Shown here: one piece after another, positions 10,301 to 23,800 of the stretch
Layout of the letters: each line of letters opens with the position of its first letter
Numbering within the stretch: the first letter of the stretch is position 1
Source of the DNA: Ionaspis alba
Lineage: Eukaryota
Direction: 5' to 3'
NCBI GenBank assembly: GCA_964255285.1
Contig: CAXUUL010000001.1
Span: 1-64,000, forward strand
DNA length: 64,000 nt
Made by a program: the position numbers and the translations under genes
The notes under the pieces: model-generated
Told to the model about the DNA's origin: nothing
What the model saw: only the letters and a program-made list of their open reading frames with translations
The model's database searches: none

Positions 10301-13300
10301 AAGCTGTTCGAGATTATAATCCCGAGTCGTCAATGTACAAGTTTGGACTGCAAGCTTTGTTACATTTCTTGAACCGATTGCCGGAATGGCCAGAAGTCAG
10401 TCAACAACTGATTCATGTTCCTGGATTGCAAGGTACCGAAGCTTATGTCCGTGCGCAAGAGGAATTGCGTAAGGACACGAATGGAGGGAACAGATCAAGA
10501 GATACTAAAGGGATGAATGGCCTGGCAGATGGCAACGCCACGACCAACGGTGGTCTTGAGGGCTATCCATCTTCGGACGTTGCGGCACGACAATTTCGTT
10601 CTGTACATGCAGAGCCACCTCCCAACCCAGAGCTTTACGAAGATCCGGAAGAGGAAGTGCAGGATAAGGTCCTGTTCGTGCTGAATAACGTGTCGGAAAA
10701 GAACATCAACGCTAAAATTACCGATCTCATGGAGGTTCTTGAGCCCAAACACCATCACTGGTTTGCCGCCTATCTGGTCGAACAACGCGCCAAATTACAG
10801 CCAAATTACCAACAGCTATACCTTGACTTACTGAGCTTGCTCGGTGAATCTGGTCTTTGGACCGACGTCCTCCGAGAGACTTATGTGAGCGTCCAGAAGA
10901 TGCTCAATGCCGAGTCCACTGTCACGTCAATACAAGAGCGAAATCACCTCAAGAACCTCGCTCACTGGCTCGGATCTTTGACCATTGCACGTGACAAGCC
11001 GATCAAGCACAAAAATATCGCCTTCAAGGAGCTTTTGCTTGAGGGTTGGGAGACACAACGACTCATCGTTGTGATTCCTTTCACATGTAAGGTTCTAGAG
11101 GAGGGCAGAAAGTCCGTCGTCTTCAAGCCTCCCAATCCATGGGTCATGGAGATTGTTGCCCTTCTCTTGGAATTCTACGATCTACCTAGCTCCGAGGTGA
11201 AGCTTCAACTGAAATTCGATATCGAGGTTTTGATACGAAATCTTGGATTACCGACTAAGGGCAAAGGGATGGAACGTTCCACTGAGCTCAAGAAGAGGCA
11301 GCAAGCTTACGAGGAAGAGATCGCTGGCCCTTCAATGGAGAACATCCTCGACGGATTCGAAGATCCGACCATGGGTGGGCTGAACAAGGGTATGCGCAAC
11401 GCTAGATTCTCACCTACCACCATTGCATCTTCCCTCCCAGACCTGGATCCACTGCTTGTCTTCCCTCCTTCCTCTGGTAGCCCTGCCCATCAGAATCGCC
11501 TCCGACAGATTGTCCAGAACGCCGTTCAACGCGCAATTTTGGAGATCATCGGACCAGTGGTTGAGCGATCAGTCACAATTGCTACGATAGCCACGAGAGA
11601 TCTGATCCACAAAGACTATGCCCAAGAACCCGACGAGGAGCGGGTACGTGAGGCTTCACAGCAGATGGCTAAAGCCCTGTCAGGAAGTTTGGCACTGGTC
11701 ACTTGCAAGGAGCCCCTACGAATGAGCATGACAAACTACATCCGGCTGGCAGCGAGTGAAGTCCCAGATCAAGCTTTCCCAGAGGGGGCAATATTAATGT
11801 GTGTGAACGATAACCTCGATACTGCCTGCAGCCTAGTCGAGAAACAGGCTGAAGAACGTTCTCTGCCCGAGATCGATTCGCACATTGATGCTGAAATTGC
11901 AAAGCGACGGCAGTTCAAGGATGAATATCCGAATGAGCCCTTTCGGGATCCCATCTACAATTCTTGGTCGTCGTATATTCCTGAACCTTATAAGCAAGGC
12001 TCCGGTGGACTCAATCAAGACCAGTTGGACATATATCTTCAATTTGCTCGCCAGACTCGAGGGACAACGAGTCACATCCAGAATCTGTCTTCGGATAGTG
12101 GAAAGCAAATTCCTGACGTGCTGCAGGATGCTGGGTTCCCCGGCATGCCGACTCCGGCTGAGCAACCTGCTGTTCCCGTCCAATCAACACTGCAGCATCA
12201 ACAGCACCAACAGCACCAACAGCATGGAAGAATGCCACTTCCGGTAGTGTCCGCTTCTCGTCTTCAATCACAAGTGAATGGATACATGGACCCCGCAACC
12301 ATTCAAGATCATATTCGAGAACTCCTTTCAAAGGTTGCCGATCTGGCAGATGAAAATCCGGATACACGGTTCAGACATCTCCCTCGCGATAGTCCTGTCG
12401 TGGCCATTGTTAATCGAATCGAGACACTCATCATGTCTGCAGCCGAAGGTACCGATCCGGCAACGTACTTCACAGCCAGCCTCGTCTACCCATCAATGTA
12501 TCGGCAGGGGGTGACTCCTTTCGAGGTGGAGATCTTGGCTCACATAATGCGTAAGCTATTCCAGCTCTCCAGCAATACAGCTAAAGACGTCATCCTTCTC
12601 CTACGGAACCAGGAGGAAGAGCGAGTGCTTAATGCGGTCACTACTGGTGCTCTTCTTGAGGTCGGCCTCATGGAGTTCCCTTTTGTGGATATGGTTCTAT
12701 CCCGAGCCTTACGCGCCCGTAATATTGCTGCACTTAATTGTTTGATGCAGCTGTTGCATAATCTCTTATTCACCAAGTATCCAGTGGCCTTGCGAGCAGA
12801 CTTCGCGAATAGTCTCGGTAGAGTAGGGGAATGGCTATCGCAGCAGCCAGATCTAGCCGAAGGAAAATCGTTGATGACGAGCCTGAGGGATGCTGGACTT
12901 CCAGAGACCATTGAGAACATATCGGACGAGTCATCCGTCGTGAAGAGACATCAGATGCAGTATATCTTTGCCGAATGGGTTACTTTATGTCGTCAATCCC
13001 AAACTAGCGATGGGATCTTCGTTGCATTCATCCTAGAACTGCACAATCAGCAGCTTCTCAACTCGCAAGAGGAAATGGTCTTGTTCCTTCGTCTGTGTAT
13101 CGATATATGTGTCGAGACGATGGAGCGAGAGGATCTTAATGTCACTGCTGATTCGAACGAGGCATTCTTTGATGTGGATTCGTTAGCGAAACTCGTTGTC
13201 CTTCTTGTCAAGAACCAGGGCGAGTCATCTGGATCCGTTCAAGGCAACAAACCGGCGTACATGAATTCCATACTCTCATTGTTGGTTTTGATACTCAACA

Positions 13301-14601
13301 ACCATCATGTGATGAGAGGCGAGCAGTTCAATCAACGGATGTTCTTCCGCCTATTCTCGAGCATTTTCTTCCATTGGCACGACCTGGCTCGTGGAAGGAA
13401 TGCAAAAGAGGACAAGGAAATGCTCTTGGTGTTTGGCAACCTTTTGCTTCTCCTTGATCCGCATTACTTCCCAGCTTTTATCTATGGCTGGATGAGTCTC
13501 GTGGCACATCCGATTTTCATGCCGGCCATTTTGAAGCAATCGGATACCGAGGTGAGTGAGCTGTGATTGTGTGATTCCGTTTCCATCTAACGTCAAGTAG
13601 GGATGCGAGCCATTCGCCAAGATTATGGAGGTCATGATCTCATGCGTGAGCAATTTGCTGAAACCCGGCGTTGTTGCTGCCGTTGCAAAAGAGCTGTACC
13701 GTGGCGTTTTACGGATACTTCTAGTTCTCCACCACGACTTTCCGGAGTTCCTAGCGGAAAACCATTACCGTCTGTGCAATACCATCCCTACCCACTGCAC
13801 GCAACTACGCAACCTTATACTCAGCGCGTATCCTTCTTCTATACTCGAACTTCCGGATCCATTTACGGCAGGTCTGAAAGTTGATCGCCTCGAGGAGATC
13901 CGGAAGGCTCCTAAAATCGCTGGCGACATCATTGCACCACTCCGGCGTGCAAACATCAAAGACGTCGTCGACCGTGCACTGCAGAGCGCCACAATATCCG
14001 ATGATAAAGTGGCTACCATCACGTCCGCTGTCCACAACAGCTCATACGCCGATTCCTCAGAACCCGATATAATTCTCCTCCATGCGCTCGTCCTTTACAT
14101 CGGCCAGACAGTTCTGACCCCTCCTCCTACAAAACCAGGCCCGACTTTTGAACCTTCCTCGCCTCAAGCCGCTCTTCTAACTAGACTGGCTCGCGACCTA
14201 AATCCTGTCGCCCGCTACCACTTCCTCAGCGCCATCGCCAACCAACTCCGCTACCCCAACTCCCACACGCATTTCTTCAGCTATGCACTGCTGCATTTGT
14301 TCGGCGCTGATCATGCCGACCAGCTGGAGTCCGATGTCAGACAGCAAATCACAAGGGTACTGCTCGAGAGACTGATTGTGCATCGTCCACATCCTTGGGG
14401 TCTGATCATTACGCTTCTCGAGCTGCTCAAGAATCCAGCGTACTGCTTTGCGGAGTTGCCCTTCATCAAAGCGGCGCCTGAGGTAGGCACTTTTCCTCCA
14501 CTTTTGGGTAGAAATGATACTGACACGTAACCTTGCAGGTAGAGAAGTTGTTCGGTGTGCTATTCCAGCACATTAATCAGAGTCCTCGAGTTCTGGTTTG
14601 A
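7302..14601 (+). CDS. NOT1: CCR4-NOT complex scaffold subunit Not1 (5 exons)
   Basis: Very large HEAT-type protein with CMIHGLFDEY, LKNLAHWLGSLTIARDKPIKHKNI, NQLRYPNSHTHFFS, RLIVHRPHPWGLIITLLELLKN; canonical introns at about 8037-8110, 8435-8491, 13552-13600 and 14483-14538. Confidence 0.97.
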
Positions 14602-15607
14602 GAGACGATGTTCGCATGTAGGAAGCCACCTTTCGTAATGACGGTGCCGACATGGGGCAAGCATTCCGAAGATGAAAATGATACAGATCGATAGGGTTTA
14701 GCATGATCTGGGTAGTCTGGTAAAGGGTATGAAGCGTGTGTCACCACTCTAGGTCATCATTCATTCTATTACTGTATCGGCCTCGCGGCTCGCGTTGTAC
14801 ATCAAGTCAGCGAGGCGCTATGCTATGCAAGACACAAATGTTCTCTTATATTGTTATGGTAATCTTGCTGGCTTATCTCTTGTCAGATCATCCAGGCTAA
14901 GGAAGGACTCCTTTCGGTCTCTAATGAGCCTAGTGGATGACTGTTGCGGGCTGTTCACGTTCCCACGACGCGGTAAAAGCTTGTGCTTGGCGGCGAGGGC
15001 GTTTTGATATGAGAGCAAGGGGTCTGCTTGTAATATAGATTCATGGATTGCTATGCTATCGTACTAGCTATTGCCATCTAGACATGAATAGCGCGATATG
15101 CGTTACCCTGCTCTGATTTACTGTCGCTCTTGTTCCCATCTTCAATACCCAAAGATGATGGGATTGTCGCATGGAATAGCTGCTGTTCCGAGGAGTATGT
15201 GCTCCCCAGTATAGTCAAGCGGCTGTCGAAGAGCATTGTCCCACGTAGCTGCTTATAAATGAAGGCAGGAACGGCAGCAAGACCCTGCTTGAGTCTCGCG
15301 GACCGTTAGGAAGTCTACAGAAGACCCTGGGAGCTTGAACATCTGTGAATACCACGCCGAGCCATCGAGCCAATTAGGGTTCGCTTAGCTTGTTGATGAT
15401 GCGTTGGAGGCCGCTTTGTCAGCGCCCCACACAACATTTCATCGTCGACTGTTCTCACTTTGTCTCTTCTTCGTCTGCGAACATCACCACCAGAGACATC
15501 CCCAACTTCTGCAATCTCAAAGCCACTGTCCTTGCATCTGCGAGGCGCTGAGCCTGAAAGAAGATACGAACCCCTTTCAAGCATCAGAATCGGAAAGTTT
15601 GAAAGAA

Positions 15608-17075
15608 ATGGATCAACGAGCAAACGCTGCGGGTAAGTACATCAGTAAAATCTCCTCTCCGGGACACTACATATGAGTCTGATGAATCGGAACAGGAGCT
15701 GCTTTCGCTGGAGATGCGCAAGATCAGCAAGGCCATGAAGCCAACTTAGCCGGCAAGAACCCTGAGCATGATGTCACCAAAGGCACTGGGTCCACTGTCG
15801 CGACCGCCTCTGAGAGCGTGTATTCCAAGGCTGAGGGTAAGAGTCATATATCATCCTCCATTTTCCACCAGCTTGAAGTAACAAAAAAAAGGACTGAAGG
15901 AAGGCTTGGCTGGGCCTGATCAGCGTGAGTTGTCAGCCTACCACTCAAACGACAAGTACGACGATGATCAGGACAAGCAGAACGTGTATTCGAAGGACGG
16001 AACAGCAATCAAGACTACCAGTAAGAATTCTGGTGGTCCTGGATCTGTTGGATCCTTCGAAGCTGGCAAAGCTGGCAAGGCTGTTCGTTGCCCCAAGGTG
16101 CCTTGTGTCAACGACTATGATTTCGTCTTGCAGAACATCCATCTTCTGCCCCTGGAGATTCGTCGGATGATCCATCGCGAGCTTCTCGTCGTAGAGAAAG
16201 TCTTTCCAAGCTTTGTTCCTGAATATGATGGGCATCTCCCAACCGACACAACAGGCAAAGTATACCAACTTCCAGATCCGAATTGGATCTTCGAGTTGTA
16301 CGAAATTAGCGAAGAGCTTGGAGACGAGGCTGAGAACGTTCTCTACTACGAGAACACCATCGTCCTCACCGAAGACAATTGGACGGAATTCCTGGGAGAA
16401 GAAGATGTTGTCGACTGCTGCACGGGGCCTGGCTATGAGGCTTCGGAGCGCAGGAAAGGTAATATCAGATTCGTTGAGGTGCTGATCGATTCTGGCTGCT
16501 ATGACAGGTGGTCTTACAAACAGGATGTGCGTTCTGCGTGGGCAGACCATACCTTGGATACCGAAGCAAAACGACGCGAGCACATCCACGACCTCAGCTG
16601 TTTGCATCTAAACCACCATTACTGGGCGCCACTGCTTGAAGAGATCAACTCCCTGTATTTGAAGTACCTGGAGATCAACCTCGTCGACGTTACTTGTCCA
16701 CAAGGATGCTGCCGATTGATCAAAGATGTGGGAGAGCAATTGCACTTTTGGGATACCAAAATGCCAGACAAGATCGTAATCACAGGCGCAGCAGATCAAG
16801 CAGAACAGGACAAGCTGATGGAGATCATGAACTGGACCCTGTCAGACATGGGAAGGTCATCCGAAAACTCGGGGGCTTCTGAGGAGGATGGGCATGGAGA
16901 TTCTGACGAGTCCGACGGATCGGATGAACGTGGTGGATCTGAGGGATCGGATGGCTCTGATGCATCTGACGAATCTGATGAATCAGACGAAGTTGACGGG
17001 TCTGGTGTACCGGAAGGACCGAAACCCCAGGGTCAAGACGGAAAGAAGCGCATCAAGATTACTCTGCGAGTCTGA
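15608..17075 (+). CDS. Uncharacterised fungal protein with an F-box-like LPLEIRRMI motif and acidic C-terminus (3 exons)
   Basis: ATG 15608 and two GT-AG introns splice in frame into ORF 15906-17075; CPQGCCR motif; (SDG/SDE)n tail and basic end KKRIKITLRV. Start codon uncertain. Confidence 0.7.
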
Positions 17076-17543
17076 TCCGGAGCAACACGCACCAGACCAT
17101 GGATCACGGGCGCAAGGCACTGCATGTATCATAGAAGTTTTTCCTGCTTGCTGACAGGAATCTTAATACATGCCCCAAAGCTCGATCTGCATCAAGTATT
17201 CTCCGTTTGTAATCATGGAAGAAAGTAATGCGACGATAGTGAGACTACCTACCAGTGCGAGTTGATTGACCAAAGAAAGAGGTATGTATCTAGACGATGC
17301 CAGAGGAACACCTTTTACCAGCGCAATTTCGGAGAGCCCCTGAGGTTAGAAGGGGGCTATTCAACAACCACTTGAACTCATGATTTTCAAGTTATATATG
17401 CCGCTTTCTCGGTCAATTTGCAGTCGTCAAATGGGTAACTTTCCCACATGTGAAAATTGTCAAGCACCGACGTCATCCCGCAACGCTTCGCTCTCTGTAA
17501 TGACTACCACACACTTATAGTCGCCCATTACCCGTGAATCCCG

Positions 17544-18907
17544 ATGGGAGAAACACGGAATGACCGCTCCCTGCTGGAGAGGGCAGTGGTATGTTGAGAA
17601 CAACACGAACCTTGGAAATACCATCATCTAAACGAGATAGGACACAGCCCTCATCCCGGTTCATGCTGCTACTTCCAAACCAGCGCAGCGAGCGTATCTG
17701 GGAACTTTTCTCTTTGCTATCACAACATTGGTCTTGCTCAGTGTCTCCACACTCGCATATGTACTATTTTACTACAACTACGTCCCGCAGATAGGTGTAC
17801 AACGCACTATCCATCTTCAGTTCGGGTTGGTGATTCTTTTCAAGTGCTTTCGTTGATATCCAAGCATTCAACCGCTGATTCTATGGATCTACAGCAATGG
17901 CCCACCCTTTGGAACGGCGTCTTTCTCCTCCTCCCTTACCTCTCTCCAAGCTTACGACATCTCGCTATTTCTCCATGTTCCACGAACACCCGCTAATCTC
18001 GCAGCGGGCAATTTCATGATTGACCTTTCGCTGTTTTCTGCGACGGCGCGCTTGACTTCCGCAACAGACTTGATACCGCCATCTATCACACAGACGAATA
18101 CCTCCGCATCTACTCTTGCGCGCTCAAGGCGACCAGCTATACTGACCTACACATCACCAATTGTCGACACTGCCCACAAGCTGAGTGGATTGCCATGGTA
18201 TGTTCTAGGATGGAAGAAGGAGAGCGAGGTACTGGAGATCAGTATGTTTGAAGGAGTCGAGTTTGCCCGAGGAGCCAAGAACGTACCGGACAAGGCACAA
18301 GTGGTCATCGAAGCCGACGAGAAAATGCAATTCTATGAAGTCGGCATCAACATTGTCGCCCGCTTTGGAGGTTTACGGTAAAACCCCCATTTCCTCAATG
18401 TCCTTCCATGTTAACTGAGATGCTCCCTCTAGCTACATCCTCTACAACCACCGCCTTCTTTCATACCTCTTCTTCACTACAACCTTCTTCACCGTCGCGA
18501 CGACCTCAACCTTCATCGTCTACCTAATCCTTTCTTCTATCCTCAAATCAAGCTCGGATTCAGACTCAAAGCCTTCCCTCCCTATCAAGTCCGAAGCAGA
18601 AAATTCAGACCAAGAGCCTTTCAATCCCCTTTCCACCTCCGACTTGTCTGATACCTCCCGCAATTTCCCGACCTTAGGCCGACAAAGGCCTTTGCGTTTT
18701 TCTAGCCGTGGTGAAAGTGTGAAGCAGGACGAAGACAGGATCAAGCAAGAGGAAGAAGAAATCGAGAGGACGACGGGAATCCAGCCTCTTGTAGCTGAAG
18801 CGGATGACGAGGAGGACTATCTTGATGATAGGAGATGGAGGGACTCGGGGATCGGGACCAGCTTGGAAGAGGGTGAGAAGCAAGGCATTCAGAGAAGAAG
18901 ACGGTAA
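17544..18907 (+). CDS. SEI1: Seipin (lipid-droplet biogenesis protein, BSCL2/Sei1 family), 4 exons
   Basis: SKPAQRAYLGTFLF-TM-FYYNYVPQIGVQRTIHLQFG, PRTPANLAAGNFMIDLSL, ARFGGLRYILYNHRLLS-TM, acidic tail. Confidence 0.88.
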
Positions 18908-19109
18908 TCAATACTATATTGTGCTTGGCTGGGGAAAGCTTCGAGCTGAAGATTCAGGAATTGACTTGTTAAACTGCTATGTAGGGTATTGCCAATAACC
19001 GAGTTGTAATCATTATGATTACGTGTTGAATATGGTAGTCTCAAATTCGTGATGTACAATCCGGGTATCCGCGATGTTAAGACAAATGATAATCCAAACT
19101 AAGAAAGTC

Positions 19110-19804
19110 CTATTCATCATCCACAAAAGAACTTGCTAGTCGACCAAAGAAAGGAACTTCAAATCTGTCTAGTGTATCCGCTGCGCCAGCCGTTAGCATA
19201 GAAATATGATTCTATTGTAGTTGACTGACCATCTCGATAGGCACGCATAGACAGGAACGCTATCAAGATTATGTCGACGACGAAAAGCATCCACGAGACG
19301 ATCTGAGTGAAGGAGAAGATGAGATGTACGACGAAGATAGCGGCGAAGAGCAGACTCGATTGCCACGCATGAAACCTAGAATATCACTTATTAGCCGCTC
19401 GCCTGCCCGATAGTCTCAATTCCCTGGGCATCCTGCTTCCCCTCCAAACCATTATTTCGTAATGCATACCGTACGTAATCACTTCGATGCTCCATCACCA
19501 GCAACAAGACTCCTCCCGCCGGTGGTAATAGCAGATAGGCAAGCATCGCCTCGAAATCCAACCGAATCGGCAGACTCGTCTCGAATAGATTTACATTCAC
19601 CCGTCCACCTTCAATGTCCCCTCCGCCGAAACCCCTCCGACCATTCTCAGCTCTTGTATCTCGTCCAAAATGGCTAGGGTCAGGTAGCGCAGAGGTTGGA
19701 GGTGGGGATTTCGGAATGGGTGATCTTGAGGTGGAACGTCGAGGTGGAGGGGAGAGAGCGCGCTCATGCTCAGGAGCGGTATCTTGGTATGGTGCGAAGT
19801 CCAT
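19110..19804 (-). CDS. Small multi-pass membrane protein (UPF0132/DUF4870-like), 3 exons
   Basis: MDFAPYQD...FETSLPIRLDFEAMLAYLLLPPAGGVLLLVMEHRSDYVRFHAWQSSLLF...DADTLDRFEVPFFGRLASSFVDDE after removing two canonical introns. Confidence 0.8.
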
Positions 19805-20812
19805 CGCAGGTATTTGGATTGGCGATCGCTGCGGCACAGACTGTCTGAATCTCAAAGCTCATGAGACTGGAATCTGACGTTGTTGTTGACGATGCCGAGT
19901 GGTTTTGCGAACATGGAAGGTTTGCCGAGGTGGTCTAGACGGAGGATTTATGGTCAGGATATGATTGGGAGCTGATGTTTCCTCTTGATCGTATTTGTGT
20001 CCATACTTCAGGCTTCGCCGCGACGCGTTCTCGATGTCTGTACAGTTTTGATTGCCACTTCTGCGATGTAATCTGTGGGGTGGAGGTCGTGACTGCCTAC
20101 TAGGCTGCCTTCGTAGTCACAGCTTTCAGCAGCTCAGGCGGAAGTCGAGGCATCGAGAATTCCTGGTCCAGGCTCGCAGTCATACTAGGCGACGGCACAG
20201 CCGTTGGCTAGGACGTCCCATGCTGAGCATTTGCCTGGTATTCACTAATTGCCTCATCCCGTATTCCTGCAAGCGCGATTGTAAGGCCCAGCTGACGAGC
20301 CTACCTCCCGAGCTGAAGGAGCCGCGAACGCGGTACAAAAGCGGTCAAACATGAGGACTAACGAATAGCAGATTAGATGGAGCGGTTCGAAGATTTTCTT
20401 TAAGGCCACACATCTGAAGGCATTATGGTCTTACTTTGTTGATTCCCCGGAAAACTCCTCTCATCCTGAGCCAGCTACACCAAACGACACCAAGAGATAG
20501 ATTTCCTTCCAGCTGATTGACGACTCTCTACCTTTTGTTTGTAAGAAACCAAAGTCACTTTCTATACGTTTTGAATGCCCGCTTCACTTTGTACGTGACT
20601 CATGCCTCAGGGACATTTCCTTTCGCAATTTGTCACTCTCAGTCAATCGATGGCTCCTTCCTCAAGAAATACATGAGTGAACTATCTCGCCGTCTTTCCT
20701 TGTCTTTTCAATCTCTGCTCTAGACGTACCGACACTCTCAACTTCGCGAGTTTCATTCCCTACATTTAGTAGGACAGCGAAGAAGCTGCCTCTGGTTCAA
20801 ATATCTCCAGCA

Positions 20813-23800
20813 ATGGACGTCCAGTACGGTTTAGAGATCCTCAATTATACAGCACCAATTGTGGTGCTGCTCCACTATCTCATTGCATCAGCTGCAAGTG
20901 TGAGTATTGTGTATAGGTCACAAGATGCGCATCCAAAGGCTCCGCGCAACACTATCGTGGTGATTATGCTTCTGATCGCCGCCACATATGTAAGTCGTTA
21001 TTTATTGGCTCGTACTTCGGCCTTCACTGACGCGCTTTCCTAGGCTTCTGAAGCAGGTATCATTATCAGCCAGCTACTAGGGCAGGGTGGGCAGACGGCG
21101 AAGACAGATAGGAACGTTCATGCGCTGGCATCGGCAATAGAATGGTCTTTCTTCTCCGTCTTTCTCGTCACCTCGAAGTTTCATAGATGGTATCCATACT
21201 GGGGTTCCGGGCTAGTTGCTCTGGCTGCTGAAGTGACGATCTTAAGCTTGCATGCGAGCTACTTTCGCACTACTCTGCTATTAGAGCAGGTGCAGACGGC
21301 ACTCGCAGCACTCAGAATACCCCTCTTTGTTTCGCTGCCTGCTGTCCTGCTTGCTGTGAAAGGACTACGGGCTTCACAACCATCTAGTGACGAGGAATCT
21401 GCGCCACTCCTTGCCCATGCTCAAGTAGCCTCAGAGGACATGGACAACATCAACGCCAGTGCCAAATATGGGTCGACAACCAACGAAAATCCGACCAAGG
21501 ATGACCCTAATGATGAGACAGACGACGATTCAAAGGATCGGAAGAAGGAACTCGAAAATTTGGAACGCGTTCAGCGAAGAGTAGAAGAATCTGGTAGTTG
21601 GTGGTCCTACGCTCGACGCTTTCTGGGAAGTCTTGCCATGGAAACTCTGTAGGACTACTTTCTGAACACTTTTGCTAACAACGAATAGATCTTTGCTCCT
21701 TACATGTGGCCTTCCAAGAAGCCAAGGCTGCATTTCAACATGTTTGTCGTTGGCCTGTGCATCCTCGCTAAGCGTGCTATGAGAGTGCTGGTGCCTCGTC
21801 AACTTGGTCTTACAGTCGATGCGATGACCCAAAGCAACGGACACAATCCGTTCGTCGAGTTGGCTTTCTATGCGCTCTTCTCCGTTATCGCTTCAAATGC
21901 AGGAATAGGTGCTATCAAGAACTGGTGTTGGTTGCCCGTAGAGGCAAATGCTTATCATGAGATCGATACAGCCTCGTATAATCACATCATGGAGCTCTCC
22001 AGCGACTTCCATGATAGCAAGCAATCTGGTGAATTGTACATGGCTATGCAGCAAGGCCGCTCTGTCATTGACTTACTGGAGTCGATATTGTATGAATTGG
22101 CACCGGTACTTGTGGACCTGGTTGTAGCATGTTTCTATTTTTTCTACCTATTCGATGCCTACATGCTCTTGATAGTTGGCACGACCATTGCCGCCTTTCT
22201 CTTCATCAGTCAATGGATGACAACTACGGCAAGCTCCATGCGACGATCTTATACGAAGGCGTCCCGACGACAGTTTCAGGTACTACACGATACAATGAGT
22301 GGTTGGCGAACAGTCTCGTACTTTAACAGGCTTCCGCACGCCAAAGATTCTTATTCGTCGAGCAACATGGACTATACTCAAATTGCTCTGAAGCACGATA
22401 TATTCTACTTCTTTCTCTTCTCCATCCAGGATTTAGTACTTGACGTTGGTCTCTTTTCAGCTTGTTTCTTCGCTGCCTATAGGATTGTGTATGGCGATCG
22501 CACTGTCGGGGATCTAGTGACACTTCTTACTTATTGGGCAAATCTCGCTGGTGGGTGACATTCCCTCCCTATCTTGATCACTTACTTAACACCCCGTGCG
22601 CAGGTCCTCTGTTTCGACTGTCGATGGCACATCGCAAACTTCTCTCCAACCTTATCGATGCTGAGCAGCTTCTCGACCTTTTCAACACCAAAGTTTCGAT
22701 CAAAGACGGGTCCGACGAGTTACGTTTAGACAAGGGTAGAGTAGACTTCAATCGCGTTCAATTTACGTACGATGGCGACAAGAAAATTATCAACGATGTT
22801 AGCTTCAACGCGGTCGCCGGCAAAACTATAGCACTCATCGGAGAAACCGGTGGGGGGAAGTCGACGATACTCAAGCTGTTGTTTAGGTTCTACGATCCTT
22901 CGGAAGGGAACATTCTTATTGACGGGCAAAACATTCGAAACGTAACGCTCCACAGCCTACGGGAAAACATTGGAGTGGTACCGCAAGACCCTAGCTTGTT
23001 CAACGATACCATCTTAACAAATTTGCGCTATGCAAAACTAGATGCCAAAGATGAGGAGATCATTGAAGCATGCAAGGCGGCGGCCGTGCATGACAAAATT
23101 GTGAGCTTTACCAAGGGCTACATGTCCAAGGTCGGTGAGAATGGCGTAAAGCTCTCCGGTGGCGAACTCCAGAGGATAGCAATCGCTCGAGCTATCTTGA
23201 AAGATCCGAAGATCATCCTTTTAGATGAAGCGACGAGCAGCGTTGACAGTGAGACCGAAGGAATGATCCAACAAGCTCTTGACAAGCTTTCGAAGGGGCG
23301 GACGACCTTCATAGTTGCCCATCGCTTATCTACTATAAAGGACGCTGATCTCATCATAGTCATCAAAGACGGGGCAGTTTTGGAGCAAGGTCCTCCGGCG
23401 GAGTTGCTAGCCAGCAAAGGTAAGTACTATAGTTTGTGGATGAAGCAGATGAACCTGGTGGACCACTCGACCCAGGATCCGATCGCGGAGAATCCTGCAT
23501 CTGAAGATCTCATGGATCAATCGCAGCCTCACAAAGAGAACTCGCAGAGTGGAAGGAAAGTCTTGGGGAAGGACAAGGAGATGAAGCGGCCAACCTTGCC
23601 CAACCAGGCCTTGCGAAACAAACCCAAGAATGTGCTCAGCTTTTCGGGCAAGAAGATGTTCAGGCCTGAGGCTCCTGAATTCGTTCCTCAGTCTCGACCG
23701 ACAACAGCAATATCAAAGAGTAGCGAAGAATCTCAGTCAACCAGAAAGCACGGTTACGAAACATCCACCAAGCCTGACAAAGACAGAAACCCGAGGTCTC

